From IMG/VR virus record IMGVR_UViG_3300021400_004456: a DNA stretch of 64,000 nt, one strand, 5' to 3'. This DNA comes from a virus (taxonomy: Duplodnaviria > Heunggongvirae > Uroviricota > Caudoviricetes). Each line of letters begins with the position of its first letter. Position 1 is the first letter of the stretch. Shown here one piece after another: positions 1 to 9,231 of this stretch. Position numbers and translations under genes: made by a program. The notes under the pieces are model-generated. The model was not told where the DNA came from. It saw nothing but the letters and a program-made list of their open reading frames with translations, and searched no databases.

Positions 1-2
1 AA

Positions 3-218
3 TTAGCATATGCTATTACAGTTCATAAGTCACAAGGTTCTGAATGGAAAAATGTAATTTATTGTTGTTTCAATGATACTCAGATGAATAGAAAAAATCT
101 AGTATATACTGCCGTTACAAGACCTAAGAAAAATCTTGTAATTGTTGGTAATAAAGAAACATTATTAAATTCACCTAATAATTTAGAGCCACATAAAAAC
201 AGTAAAATTTTAAATTAG
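3..218 (+). CDS. recD: RecD/RecD2-like SF1B helicase, C-terminal fragment (5' truncated by window)
   Basis: Manual translation: LAYAITVHKSQGSEW...RKNLVYTAVTRPK (helicase motifs V/VI), TAG at 216-218. Confidence 0.85.
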   Translation, partial: LAYAITVHKSQGSEWKNVIYCCFNDTQMNRKNLVYTAVTRPKKNLVIVGNKETLLNSPNNLEPHKNSKILN

Positions 219-244
219 AGACCGTTTTAAAGGTCTCTTTTTTT
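217..244 (+). terminator. Intrinsic terminator
   Basis: AGAGACC/GGTCTCT stem plus T-run. Confidence 0.8.
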
Positions 245-251
245 GTTATTT

Positions 252-261
252 AAACACCTAA
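252..261 (+). promoter_or_regulatory. Class II motif AAACACCTAA
   Basis: One of 7 exact intergenic copies. Confidence 0.6.
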
Positions 262-367
262 TGTTACTGCAATCAAAAAACTTAAAATAACATCCTAAAA
301 TTAAAAAAATAAATATTTTTTAAAAAATTTTAACTTTTTTCTTCTTTTTTCATTTTTTTCAAAATAA

Positions 368-377
368 AAACACCTAA
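368..377 (+). promoter_or_regulatory. Class II motif AAACACCTAA
   Basis: Exact copy just upstream of the small ORF at 390. Confidence 0.6.
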
Positions 378-389
378 CTTATTTGAAGG

Positions 390-587
390 ATGAAGAAGAA
401 ATGTAAATATCGATTGAAGTTAGGATTGATGTTTATGTTAAAGTTTTTTGAATATGTAGGTGCATTAATTGGATATTGCACAACAAACGAGTATATTGTT
501 ACTGGATTTTTCACAGTGGTAACTTTACTTGCAGGTTTTATTGCTTTTACTAGCTTTACTGCTATTAAAAGACGCTTATCTCATTAA
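390..587 (+). CDS. Small membrane protein (start may be 428/435)
   Basis: Two hydrophobic segments; class II motif upstream. Confidence 0.5.
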   Translation: MKKKCKYRLKLGLMFMLKFFEYVGALIGYCTTNEYIVTGFFTVVTLLAGFIAFTSFTAIKRRLSH

Positions 588-719
588 TTGATGTATCTTT
601 AATTTAATATAGTAACAATTAAAATTATCCCTACTTGCCTTATTATAGGTAGGGATTTTAGTACTTTTAGAGAAAAAAGGAAGATTACACTTCCTTTTTC
701 TTTTTGTATAAATAATATA

Positions 720-728
720 AAAACATAA
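720..728 (+). promoter_or_regulatory. Class I motif AAAACATAA
   Basis: Intergenic copy upstream of RBS of 776. Confidence 0.65.
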
Positions 729-775
729 GAGTGTTGTAAAAATATTATATATAGAAAATTTAAGGAGAAAAAAAT

Positions 776-1297
776 ATGAAATTATCATTGAAACAAATCG
801 ATAATTTTGCTGAAACTTATTGTAAAGAAAATGGAATAGGTTTTACTAGATCACAAGATCCAAATACTGTTTGTTTTTATAGTTTAGAAAAAAACGAAGT
901 AGTAGTTCCTGACACACAATTCTTTCAAGAAAATTGTCCTCAATCTTGTATAAATGATGTAATTTATTTTTGCCATACAGTCATTCACGAACTTTCACAT
1001 TCAACAATGCCTATTTTAGAAAGAACTTCTTTCTACGAAGGTATGAATAAAAATGAAGCGAGAGCTTTTGAAGAGTGTGTTGCAGAAATGTCTGCTTATT
1101 ATTTTATGACGAAAAATAAGCTTTATTCTAATGAAAATAAAATTCAATCAATTTCTTATATAGCTAATTGGCTTGAAACTTTTCATTTGGATGATAAAAA
1201 GGCTGAACAAAAATTACAGCAAATTAAAGAAAAAGTAAACGAAGTTGTAGAACTCTTAGATTTTTACATTTCATTCGTTTCTGAGGAGGATGATTAA
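776..1297 (+). CDS. Stand-alone zincin metallopeptidase, ArdC C-terminal/MPTase-like
   Basis: HELSH (HExxH), EECVAEMSA, SYIANWL motifs typical of ArdC/polyvalent-protein MPTase; AAGGAG RBS. Confidence 0.7.
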   Translation: MKLSLKQIDNFAETYCKENGIGFTRSQDPNTVCFYSLEKNEVVVPDTQFFQENCPQSCINDVIYFCHTVIHELSHSTMPILERTSFYEGMNKNEARAFEECVAEMSAYYFMTKNKLYSNENKIQSISYIANWLETFHLDDKKAEQKLQQIKEKVNEVVELLDFYISFVSEEDD

Positions 1298-1298
1298 G

Positions 1299-1835
1299 AT
1301 GGCAAAATATCAAAAGAAGAATTTACCAGTTGTAGCAACTCCAGGATTAAAAAAAGTTATTATAAAAAGAAATGAAAATTCTACGGATTATGAAATTGTA
1401 GATAATAACAAAAAAATAAATCTTAATTTTTTACATCAAATTGTTATTTCTGATAAAAAGAAAGATACTAATGATAATAAATTAGATTTTTCTACTGCTA
1501 AGGTAGTAGGCTTTTATAATAAATCTTTTGATACTGTTGCAAATTTTTTAGGTGAAAATAATATTTTCAATTTAAAAAATGTAGAATATCACGAAGAAGA
1601 AGTAATTTTTGATATTGATAATCCTTCTAATGAAGATCAAATGGTTTCATTTGACGGAACTCCATTAATTGAAATAATCGATGGAGACGACAATTCACAA
1701 AAAAATGATAAGGATAAAAAAGAAAAAAAGCCTAATGAAGAAAACGAATCTTCAAAGAACAACAAGCCTTCTTCAAATCCTCAAACTTCAAAAGATTCCG
1801 ATTCTAAAACAACTGTAAAAATCATTAAGCATTAA
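1299..1835 (+). CDS. Hypothetical protein with charged low-complexity C-terminus
   Basis: ORF; GAGGAGG RBS favours ATG 1299 over 1290. Confidence 0.7.
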   Translation: MAKYQKKNLPVVATPGLKKVIIKRNENSTDYEIVDNNKKINLNFLHQIVISDKKKDTNDNKLDFSTAKVVGFYNKSFDTVANFLGENNIFNLKNVEYHEEEVIFDIDNPSNEDQMVSFDGTPLIEIIDGDDNSQKNDKDKKEKKPNEENESSKNNKPSSNPQTSKDSDSKTTVKIIKH

Positions 1836-1860
1836 ACTCCATTCTAATATGGAGTTTTTT
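1834..1860 (+). terminator. Intrinsic terminator
   Basis: AAACTCCA/TGGAGTTT stem plus T-run. Confidence 0.8.
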
Positions 1861-1866
1861 ATTTGT

Positions 1867-1875
1867 AAAACATAA
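1867..1875 (+). promoter_or_regulatory. Class I motif AAAACATAA
   Basis: Directly after terminator, before AAA gene. Confidence 0.65.
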
Positions 1876-1933
1876 TTAAATCGAAAAATCATTATTATGA
1901 TTTAGAGAAAACAATATATAGAGGAGAAAAAAT

Positions 1934-3187
1934 ATGCAACTATTTAATAAAATTTTTATAACAAAAGTATTCGAGCAATATCAAAAGAAGATAAAGAACG
2001 AGACACAAAAAGAATTAAGCTTTAAACTTGATTTAGAAGCTGCTAAAATAATTGTTTTAGGATGTACAAAGTATGATGGTAATTATGCAAAATTACAATC
2101 TAAGCTTTTAACTTCTAAGCAAATCATTCAAGATGAAAATGAAGACCTTACAAGTTTTGATTTCTTCAAAAAGTTTTTCACTTACGACATTGATCCAACA
2201 GCAGATGTTGACAATGAAATGGTTGCAAAAGCTTTAGTTGATGAAGAAGAGTATATTAAAAAAACTTGGCTTTCAAATTCAAACAATAGCAAACCTCAGA
2301 ATACTCCAAGTTCTAAAAACAATTCATCACCTTTAAACAAAAAATTTACAGGTACTACAGAAGAACTTATTGAAATCATAACTGATACAGTTACAGGTGA
2401 AACTATGAATGGTGTAGAAATTCATCAACCTGTATGGTTGTGGGGTCCAATGGGAACTGGTAAAACAACAATCATAAATAATCTTTGTAAAGCAAAAGGC
2501 TATGAAATTTATAAAGTGCCTAAGGGAACTTATAAAGAAGATATTTATGGCTATAAATTACCTTCAGGTGAATGGAGTAATACAACTTTATGTAGAGCTG
2601 TATTAGATGACAAGCCTGATAATGTAAAAAGATTTGTAATTTTTGATGAATTTGATACTTTCGGTGAAGGCGCAAGTGTTGCTGCAAATAATACTTTATC
2701 TCAAGGTGAAGTAATAATTAATGATGTAGTTCACTATATTAAGCCTAACACAATTTTCATTGCTATTTCTAATACCAATGGTAAGGGTGCTACTGATGTT
2801 TATACTGCTAGAAATTCAATCGATGATGCAACAGTCGATAGATTTACTTTTATTAAAGTAGATCACGATTTCAAGCGTGAACAAGCAGTAACAAATGATA
2901 ATCGAGAGTTAATTACATTCTGTCATAAAATGAGAGCTTTTTTTGAACAAAATGGTTATAATACTCAATTTTCATTAAGAACCTTAATTCAAATTACCAA
3001 TTTACAAGATAAAATTGGAGTTGAAAAGGCATTAGAAATTTCTCTTTTAAAGCAATTAACTGATGACGTTGATTTCTTCAATTTATTTAACGAGCAGTAT
3101 GCAATGTCTGCGGAAGATAATATTTATGAAGAAACAATGAAAAGAATTTCTTTAAAAGTCATTGAAAATATGAAAAATCAAAACTAG
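1934..3187 (+). CDS. CobS/CbbQ/MoxR-like AAA+ ATPase
   Basis: Walker A GPMGTGKT, Walker B VIFDEFD, SNTNGKGATDVYTARNSIDDATVDRF sensor/R-finger typical of phage CobS-like AAA. Confidence 0.85.
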   Translation: MQLFNKIFITKVFEQYQKKIKNETQKELSFKLDLEAAKIIVLGCTKYDGNYAKLQSKLLTSKQIIQDENEDLTSFDFFKKFFTYDIDPTADVDNEMVAKALVDEEEYIKKTWLSNSNNSKPQNTPSSKNNSSPLNKKFTGTTEELIEIITDTVTGETMNGVEIHQPVWLWGPMGTGKTTIINNLCKAKGYEIYKVPKGTYKEDIYGYKLPSGEWSNTTLCRAVLDDKPDNVKRFVIFDEFDTFGEGASVAANNTLSQGEVIINDVVHYIKPNTIFIAISNTNGKGATDVYTARNSIDDATVDRFTFIKVDHDFKREQAVTNDNRELITFCHKMRAFFEQNGYNTQFSLRTLIQITNLQDKIGVEKALEISLLKQLTDDVDFFNLFNEQYAMSAEDNIYEETMKRISLKVIENMKNQN

Positions 3188-3196
3188 GAGGATAAT

Positions 3197-4042
3197 ATGA
3201 GGAAGGCTACAATTAAAATGGCTTTGGGAATCTTTGATTCTTTAACTAAATTAGCAAACTTTTTAATTGAAACAAAAGAATTAAATCATCTTTATCCTAA
3301 TTGTCCTTCCGAGGGAAACCCTACATTATCTTCTAATTTTGCAGGAGTTGAAACTCGTGATGAGGCTTTAAAACTTTTACAATTTGGTGATAACCAACAA
3401 GTAGAGACAATGAGAATGAAACTTGCAAACAAATCTTATAAAAAGATTGAAAAGGTAGTTTTAGCACCTTCTGGTTTCAAAGTTAACGTTCCAGCATATA
3501 ATATTGGTTTACCTTATTGTATGTTTAAAAGTCTTGAAAAATTTCAAAAAACCAAAATTTTAAATCTTTATATAGATCAAGGAGTTCCTTGGTTTGTTAA
3601 TAAAAACGAAATGTTAAATGCCGGCATTGAAATTTGTAAAGTTATTAAAGCGTTGGAAATGCAAGGATATCGTATCAATTTATATTCTGGCGTAATGTCT
3701 TATACAAGACAATATGACAAATCTATAGCTTTAGTTGATGGCTTAATGGTCAAATTAAAAAGTTCCAGTAATTCTTTAGTTCTAAATAAGGTTACATTTC
3801 CCATTTGCAATCCAGCCTTTCTTAGAAGTATTTTCTTTGAATGGATGGGGAAAGAGCAAGGAATTTCTTATTTAGGCGAAGGTTATGGAAGTCCACTTGC
3901 TTTATCTAATGTTGATAGTAAAGATATTGAAAACGAATTAAAAAAGATAACAGGTAAAGATATTTTCTATTTACCTCTTGTTAACTTTTTAAATAAAGAT
4001 GCTCTTAAAATTAAAGAATACATCGAATTAAAGCAAAACTAA
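3197..4042 (+). CDS. vWA/CobT-like partner of the AAA+ ATPase
   Basis: Adjacent to AAA; GFKVNVPAYNIGLPYCM and IKALEMQGYRINLY patterns seen in such partners. Confidence 0.55.
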   Translation: MRKATIKMALGIFDSLTKLANFLIETKELNHLYPNCPSEGNPTLSSNFAGVETRDEALKLLQFGDNQQVETMRMKLANKSYKKIEKVVLAPSGFKVNVPAYNIGLPYCMFKSLEKFQKTKILNLYIDQGVPWFVNKNEMLNAGIEICKVIKALEMQGYRINLYSGVMSYTRQYDKSIALVDGLMVKLKSSSNSLVLNKVTFPICNPAFLRSIFFEWMGKEQGISYLGEGYGSPLALSNVDSKDIENELKKITGKDIFYLPLVNFLNKDALKIKEYIELKQN

Positions 4043-4066
4043 AAAGTCTCGTTTTGAGACTTTTTT
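4041..4066 (+). terminator. Intrinsic terminator
   Basis: AAAAAGTCTC/GAGACTTTTT. Confidence 0.8.
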
Positions 4067-4087
4067 CTTTTCTTTTTCGTCTATCGC

Positions 4088-4096
4088 AAAACATAA
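4088..4096 (+). promoter_or_regulatory. Class I motif AAAACATAA
   Basis: After terminator, before 4134. Confidence 0.65.
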
Positions 4097-4133
4097 AATA
4101 AGTATAACATATTTTTTTTAAAGGAGTCTTTGT

Positions 4134-4658
4134 ATGAATTATAATGACCTAATCAATGAATTGAATCAAAATATTAGTAACTTAACAAAAGAAGAAAAAG
4201 ACATCATTGATGCTGAGCAAAAATTACAAGAAAAGAAATTACAAGTAATTAAAACAAAAAATGCTAACCAAATAAAATTGCGTTTTTTAAAATTAATTGA
4301 ACGTCCTGATTCTTTTTTTAATAATCCGAAAGTTTTATCTTCAATTGCATCCTTAGAAAAAATTGAAGATGACCAACTTAAAGAAAACAAAATAAATTTA
4401 ACAAGCATTTCAATTGATGAAGAGTCTGATATTTTTTACGATGATAAATTAGTTCCTGAACGATCAAAAGACAACGCTTCTTTTAGTGCTCATAAAGACT
4501 TAAAAAACATTCCTTTTTCAAACACAACTAATGATGTTTTTCCAGATGACTTAGCTGACTTTGGCTTATTTGACAATCAAGAAAATTTAAATAAAGAAGA
4601 AGACGATGATGACGATGAAGAAAAAGTAAAAACTGTTAGAGCAAAAATAAAGAAGTAA
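4134..4658 (+). CDS. Hypothetical coiled-coil protein with acidic tail
   Basis: ORF with AAGGAG RBS. Confidence 0.75.
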   Translation: MNYNDLINELNQNISNLTKEEKDIIDAEQKLQEKKLQVIKTKNANQIKLRFLKLIERPDSFFNNPKVLSSIASLEKIEDDQLKENKINLTSISIDEESDIFYDDKLVPERSKDNASFSAHKDLKNIPFSNTTNDVFPDDLADFGLFDNQENLNKEEDDDDDEEKVKTVRAKIKK

Positions 4659-4669
4659 GGTAAAATTTT

Positions 4670-4834
4670 ATGGAAATTCTAACAATTATTAGTATTATTT
4701 TATCTTCTTTATTCTTTATAAGTGCAATTGCATTCACTTTTCTTTTTGTCAAAAAAGAAGAACGAATTAAAATCTTCTTTTCAAATTCTTTTGATTTCTT
4801 TGTTTCATTGTTTTACTTTTGCTTATCGCTTTAA
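4670..4834 (+). CDS. Small 54-aa membrane protein (not in ORF track)
   Basis: Manual translation MEILTIISIILSSLFFISAIAFTFLFVKKEERIKIFF...; AAGG upstream, terminator downstream. Confidence 0.55.
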   Translation: MEILTIISIILSSLFFISAIAFTFLFVKKEERIKIFFSNSFDFFVSLFYFCLSL

Positions 4835-4838
4835 ATTC

Positions 4839-4863
4839 AAGAACCTTAAAAGGTTCTTTTTTT
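4839..4863 (+). terminator. Intrinsic terminator
   Basis: AAGAACCT/AGGTTCTT plus T-run. Confidence 0.8.
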
Positions 4864-4868
4864 AATTT

Positions 4869-4877
4869 AAAACATAA
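4869..4877 (+). promoter_or_regulatory. Class I motif AAAACATAA
   Basis: After terminator, before recJ. Confidence 0.65.
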
Positions 4878-4941
4878 TTTAAATTGTCAAAAAATTATTA
4901 TTAATTTTTGAGAAAAATAAATATATAGAATGGAGAAAAAA

Positions 4942-6516
4942 ATGAAAAAATATAATATTATTGAATTAAAAAGTTATCAAGAATTTTTGAATTACATTTC
5001 AAAACTTCCAAAGACAACTTCAAAAGATTTAAAGAAACATTTTGCTGATGAAAAAGTCTTTTGGCAACATATTGCTAAGTATCATAAGATTGTAATCGTT
5101 GGTGATTATGATGTTGATGGCGTAACAGCAACAGCTATTGCTCAAATGATTCTTGAACACTTAGGTCACGAAGTAAATGTTATTTTACCTAATCGTTTTA
5201 CTGATGGTTATGGTATGAAGCCAAAACACGTTGACCTTGCTAAAGAATGGGGTGCCGATTTAATTTTAACAGTTGATAATGGTATGAAAGCTTATGAAGC
5301 TTTAGACCACGCTGAAGAACTAGGTATTCCAGTTTTAGTTACAGATCACCACACAGCAGGTGATAAAATGCCTAATGCTTTACTTACAATAAATCCTCAT
5401 TATAGTGAGAATGACATTGCGGTAACAAATAAAGACATTTGTGGTGCAGCCACAATGTTCTATTTAGCTAGATATCAAACTACTGATTTTGTATTAACTT
5501 CTAGAATGATGGAATTAGCTGCTTTAGCAACAGTCGCAGATTGTATGCCAATTGAAGCTGAAAATAGAACAATGGTAAATCTATTAATTGATAATTGTAA
5601 AAAGGATACTAATTATCTTTTTGCGCTTGATGATTTAATTAAGAATCGTGGAATTAATAGAGGCACATTTAATTTACAAAACATTAGTTTTGATTTAGCA
5701 CCTTTCTTAAATGCTGCTGGTAGATTAAAGACTGCTGATTTAGCATTTAACTTCTTATCTTCGCAAAAAGCTGAAGAAAGAGGTGAATTATATTTAATGA
5801 TAAATGAGTTAAATGAAGAAAGAAAATCACTTTCTCTTACATTAACTCGTCAAGCATTAGATTTAATTGATCCTGATAATGCATTTGCAATCGCATATAT
5901 TCCTAATGTATGCGAAGGTGTTGTAGGTATTGTAGCTGCAAAATTAGTTGAAAAGACTAATAAGCCTGCTTTTGTATTTACAAATGCTGAAAGTGGTATT
6001 ATTAAAGGTTCTGGAAGAACATCAGGTGAAAACTTTAATCTTTTAGCTAATGTTGACCCTGTTTTAAAGACAATCGACGGTGTTGTTGGCTATGGTGGTC
6101 ACGCTGGAGCTATGGGTTTAAGCTTTAAAGATATTGAATCTTTGAACGAATTTAGAACAAAAGTTTCTAATATTGAAGTTCCTGAAAGTGAAGTTATTGA
6201 AGATGTTTTAAAGATTGATTTTGAGACAGATGATGATTTATTACTTCAAACAATGCTATCTCAAGGTATTTTTGATAGCGAATTCCCATTATTCTATAAG
6301 AAAATAGATGTAAAATTCTATGGTTCTTTAGGCAACTCTGGTAATCATAGTTACATTTCTGGAACAATGGATGGAAATGATAAAGCATATTTATCTTGGT
6401 TCTTCAAATCTGATTTAGATAATTCTATTCTTGGTTCTCAAGCAATTGCAGTTGAATTTTCAGAAAAGTCTGATGGTTCTGCTGACTATTTTGTTAGAGA
6501 TGTTCTTTATGAATAA
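4942..6516 (+). CDS. recJ: Single-stranded DNA exonuclease RecJ (DHH/DHHA1)
   Basis: GDYDVDG, PNRFTDGYG, TVDNG, TDHH, LNAAGRL, GSGR, GGHAGAMG motifs; GGAG RBS favours ATG 4942. Confidence 0.92.
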   Translation: MKKYNIIELKSYQEFLNYISKLPKTTSKDLKKHFADEKVFWQHIAKYHKIVIVGDYDVDGVTATAIAQMILEHLGHEVNVILPNRFTDGYGMKPKHVDLAKEWGADLILTVDNGMKAYEALDHAEELGIPVLVTDHHTAGDKMPNALLTINPHYSENDIAVTNKDICGAATMFYLARYQTTDFVLTSRMMELAALATVADCMPIEAENRTMVNLLIDNCKKDTNYLFALDDLIKNRGINRGTFNLQNISFDLAPFLNAAGRLKTADLAFNFLSSQKAEERGELYLMINELNEERKSLSLTLTRQALDLIDPDNAFAIAYIPNVCEGVVGIVAAKLVEKTNKPAFVFTNAESGIIKGSGRTSGENFNLLANVDPVLKTIDGVVGYGGHAGAMGLSFKDIESLNEFRTKVSNIEVPESEVIEDVLKIDFETDDDLLLQTMLSQGIFDSEFPLFYKKIDVKFYGSLGNSGNHSYISGTMDGNDKAYLSWFFKSDLDNSILGSQAIAVEFSEKSDGSADYFVRDVLYE

Positions 6517-6937
6517 TTGTCTTGATTTTCATATTTATGCTGGACAAGTAGTGTTTGCTGAACATTATGATGTTTATAATAAACAATGGGTTAAACACTA
6601 CTTTGTTGTAGTGTATAATCAAGCGTTAGATGAGAAGTGTGATAATTTAACAGATTTATCAGGTATTCTATTAACATCTCAAAAAAAGAATAAATCTTCT
6701 TTTATTAAATTAAAAGGGAATTATGATTTTTTAAATAAGGAAACATATGCAAATACAGATGCGTTTATTACTTTTCCTAAAAGAGATGTTATCTACGTTT
6801 GTGGCAATTTAAATGCTTCTGATTTAGAAGAAATTATTGTTAAAAGAGAAGAAAGACATCAAGAAGAGTTTTATCAATGTTTCAAAACTTTGAATAATTC
6901 ACTTAAATTTGAACAATTAAAGAAGGAAGTCATATGA
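6509..6937 (+). CDS. PemK/MazF-like endoribonuclease-fold protein
   Basis: GQVVFA...KHYFVVV.N...LLTSQ...LNKETYANTD...GNLNASDLEEI pattern; ATG overlaps recJ stop. Confidence 0.55.
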   Translation: MNNCLDFHIYAGQVVFAEHYDVYNKQWVKHYFVVVYNQALDEKCDNLTDLSGILLTSQKKNKSSFIKLKGNYDFLNKETYANTDAFITFPKRDVIYVCGNLNASDLEEIIVKREERHQEEFYQCFKTLNNSLKFEQLKKEVI

Positions 6938-6947
6938 TTTCCTTTTT
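6923..6947 (+). terminator. Intrinsic terminator
   Basis: AAGGAAGTCA/TGATTTCCTT plus T-run. Confidence 0.7.
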
Positions 6948-6963
6948 CTTTTTTAAAAAATAA

Positions 6964-6973
6964 AAACACCTAA
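6964..6973 (+). promoter_or_regulatory. Class II motif AAACACCTAA upstream of sigma gene
   Basis: Exact copy after terminator. Confidence 0.65.
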
Positions 6974-7051
6974 TTAAACAATAAAGATATTTTTTAGTGT
7001 GTTTCAAAACATTAGAAAATAAATTTTTGTTTTTTAAAGGAGAACTTAACA

Positions 7052-8122
7052 ATGGGTAGACATAAAAAAATAGTTGAACCACCAAAACCAGATTTAATAG
7101 AATTACCTATATCTGAGGGCATTGCTAAAAAAATGACAGGTAAAGGAATTATCAAAACTAAGTTTCCTGAAAGTGTCGTTGAAGAAAAAGAATTAATATA
7201 TGAAGCTCAGATTGGATATCAAGTCGCTAAAAGATTAGGAATCACAGAAAATCCTAATACTGTTGTGGATGCTGAGGTTGAAAAATTTTTAGCTAGAAGC
7301 GAACGGGCAAGAATGAAATTAATCGATATGCATCAAGATTTGGTTTATAAATTATTAAAGAAACAAACCAGTAATTTAAAGCTAAGCAAAGACGATTGGG
7401 AAGACTTAAAAATGGTTGCAATTTGTTCTTTAGATGCTCACGTATTAAAATATGATTTTAACTATTTAAATCGTTTTTCTACATTTGCATATTATGAAAT
7501 TACAGATGATATTGCAACTTATGTTAAAAAGACTTTCTTTAATTCATCTCGTTCAGCCGATTATAATAGAAATGCTGTTTTAAAATATATAGAGAAGTAT
7601 AAAACAGAAAACAATGGTATGGATCCAGATTTAGAAACAATTGTTAAAAATGTAGAATTTGTTTCTTCAACTCATAAAACAGAAGAAGGTAAACGAAAAT
7701 ACATTCAAACTTTGCTAGATTCTAAAGACGGTGGAACAATTTCTTTGCAAAAAGAAATAGGTGAAGATATTACTTTAGCTGATACTCTAGCAGATGATGG
7801 TGAACAATCTTTTAATGAGCAAATTAAAAATGAAACAGTAGATTTAATATTAAAAGCTTATGATAAATATTTAATAAAAATTGAAAGAACGTTATTTAGA
7901 AAAATTCTTTACAAAGATGAAAATGATACTAAAGAAGAAATACTAAATCGTTTTGCTAAATTTTTAGCTAAAGATTATAATAAAAAACCTGATAGTGAAC
8001 TTTCAGATACTGAACAAAGAAAGAAAAGATTACAAAATAAAATTCGTGATTTAAGTTTAAATCAACCAGATATACTTGAATTATTCAATATATTAAAGGA
8101 GTGTATTAATAATGATAATTAG
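7052..8122 (+). CDS. Divergent RNA polymerase sigma-70 family factor
   Basis: Region 1.2 EEKELIYEAQIG; 2.1 ARMKLIDMHQDLVYKLLKK; 2.2-2.4 EDLKMVAICSL...KYDFNYLNRFSTFAYYEI; 3.2 ISLQKEIGEDITLADTLAD; region 4 degenerate. Confidence 0.8.
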   Translation: MGRHKKIVEPPKPDLIELPISEGIAKKMTGKGIIKTKFPESVVEEKELIYEAQIGYQVAKRLGITENPNTVVDAEVEKFLARSERARMKLIDMHQDLVYKLLKKQTSNLKLSKDDWEDLKMVAICSLDAHVLKYDFNYLNRFSTFAYYEITDDIATYVKKTFFNSSRSADYNRNAVLKYIEKYKTENNGMDPDLETIVKNVEFVSSTHKTEEGKRKYIQTLLDSKDGGTISLQKEIGEDITLADTLADDGEQSFNEQIKNETVDLILKAYDKYLIKIERTLFRKILYKDENDTKEEILNRFAKFLAKDYNKKPDSELSDTEQRKKRLQNKIRDLSLNQPDILELFNILKECINNDN

Positions 8123-8465
8123 CTTTTCTAACAAAAACTATAATTGCATAATTAGTATGATTCTAGGCTTATCAACTTTAGCTCTAACAATTTTAATGAT
8201 GAATGGTTTTATAGCAAATAATTCACTTTATTTTCTTCCGTTTTTCTTTTTAATTGTTTCTTCATTAATTTTTAAATCTCACTTTTCTTTATTAATATAT
8301 GTAGCATTGTTTTTCTTATCATATTTATTTGCTTGGGGGGTTTTATATCAAGCTGGCAAATCGCCTGATATAAATACATCGTTTGCTTTTGTTGCTTATT
8401 TTATAGCAATTGCTTCATCTTCAATATTTGTTTTAGACAATTTGTTATATAGATTTAAAAATTAA
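8112..8465 (+). CDS. Multi-pass membrane protein
   Basis: About 4 hydrophobic segments; overlaps sigma stop. Confidence 0.7.
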   Translation: MIISFSNKNYNCIISMILGLSTLALTILMMNGFIANNSLYFLPFFFLIVSSLIFKSHFSLLIYVALFFLSYLFAWGVLYQAGKSPDINTSFAFVAYFIAIASSSIFVLDNLLYRFKN

Positions 8466-8469
8466 ATTT

Positions 8470-8478
8470 AAAACATAA
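8470..8478 (+). promoter_or_regulatory. Class I motif AAAACATAA
   Basis: Before 8523. Confidence 0.65.
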
Positions 8479-8522
8479 TTAAACTGTCAAAAATATTTTA
8501 TATAGATGGAGGAAATTGCATA

Positions 8523-9029
8523 ATGGCAAAAGAAAAAATAACTATTGAAAATATTAAGGAAACAGTTGATACTGCTTTAACTAAGACATTTACCCCAACA
8601 GTAGGAGGTTCTCAAGTTAGAACTTTAACCGAAGAGGCTGCTTACTATGATGAAATTCGTAAGACTTTAAATAGTGGAGTCACATTATTTAAGAAGAAGG
8701 TTGCAGAAATTGAAGCTAAGCGTGATGAAACATTGATAGAGGAATTAGGTTCTCTTGAAAATGTTACAGAAGGCCTTCAACATCAAGATTTCATTGTTAA
8801 GTGCACTGATAAAACAAAGATTCAAGTTGTATCAGGTGGTATTAATGAGCAAGTGCTTGCTCTTTTATTAGAATGGCACAAGATTAATCCTGAAAAGAAC
8901 AAGATTTCTTTACCTGCTGATTTTGAAGATTGGTTAGCAACTAATCATAGAAATGATGAAGGTGTTGAAATGGAAATCACTCACAATGTATCTACAAAGA
9001 TTACATTTGTTGATAAGGAGGATTTTTAA
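8523..9029 (+). CDS. Hypothetical protein (coiled coil then beta region; faintly Gam/Gp157-like)
   Basis: Strong GGAGG RBS; family resemblance only weak. Confidence 0.65.
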   Translation: MAKEKITIENIKETVDTALTKTFTPTVGGSQVRTLTEEAAYYDEIRKTLNSGVTLFKKKVAEIEAKRDETLIEELGSLENVTEGLQHQDFIVKCTDKTKIQVVSGGINEQVLALLLEWHKINPEKNKISLPADFEDWLATNHRNDEGVEMEITHNVSTKITFVDKEDF

Positions 9030-9041
9030 TTTTTAAAAACT

Positions 9042-9070
9042 AAATAGGAGATTAACTTCTCCTATTTTTT
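9042..9070 (+). terminator. Intrinsic terminator
   Basis: AAATAGGAGA/TCTCCTATTT. Confidence 0.8.
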
Positions 9071-9093
9071 CTTAAAAGAGGTGTTGATGAAAT

Positions 9094-9219
9094 ATGAAAA
9101 AAATTTTATTTGGATTGTTTTTTTCTTTTATTATTATAGGTTCGCTTTTAACCATCAGTTCTTGTTCTAAAGAATCTGAAGAAAATGATGTTTGTAATAT
9201 AACATCGCCTTGTAAATAA
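9094..9219 (+). CDS. 41-aa mini-lipoprotein with C-x5-C tail (not in ORF track)
   Basis: Manual translation MKKILFGLFFSFIIIGSLLTISSC-SKESEENDVCNITSPCK; GAGGTG RBS. Confidence 0.65.
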   Translation: MKKILFGLFFSFIIIGSLLTISSCSKESEENDVCNITSPCK

Positions 9220-9231
9220 GGAGGTTTTCGA

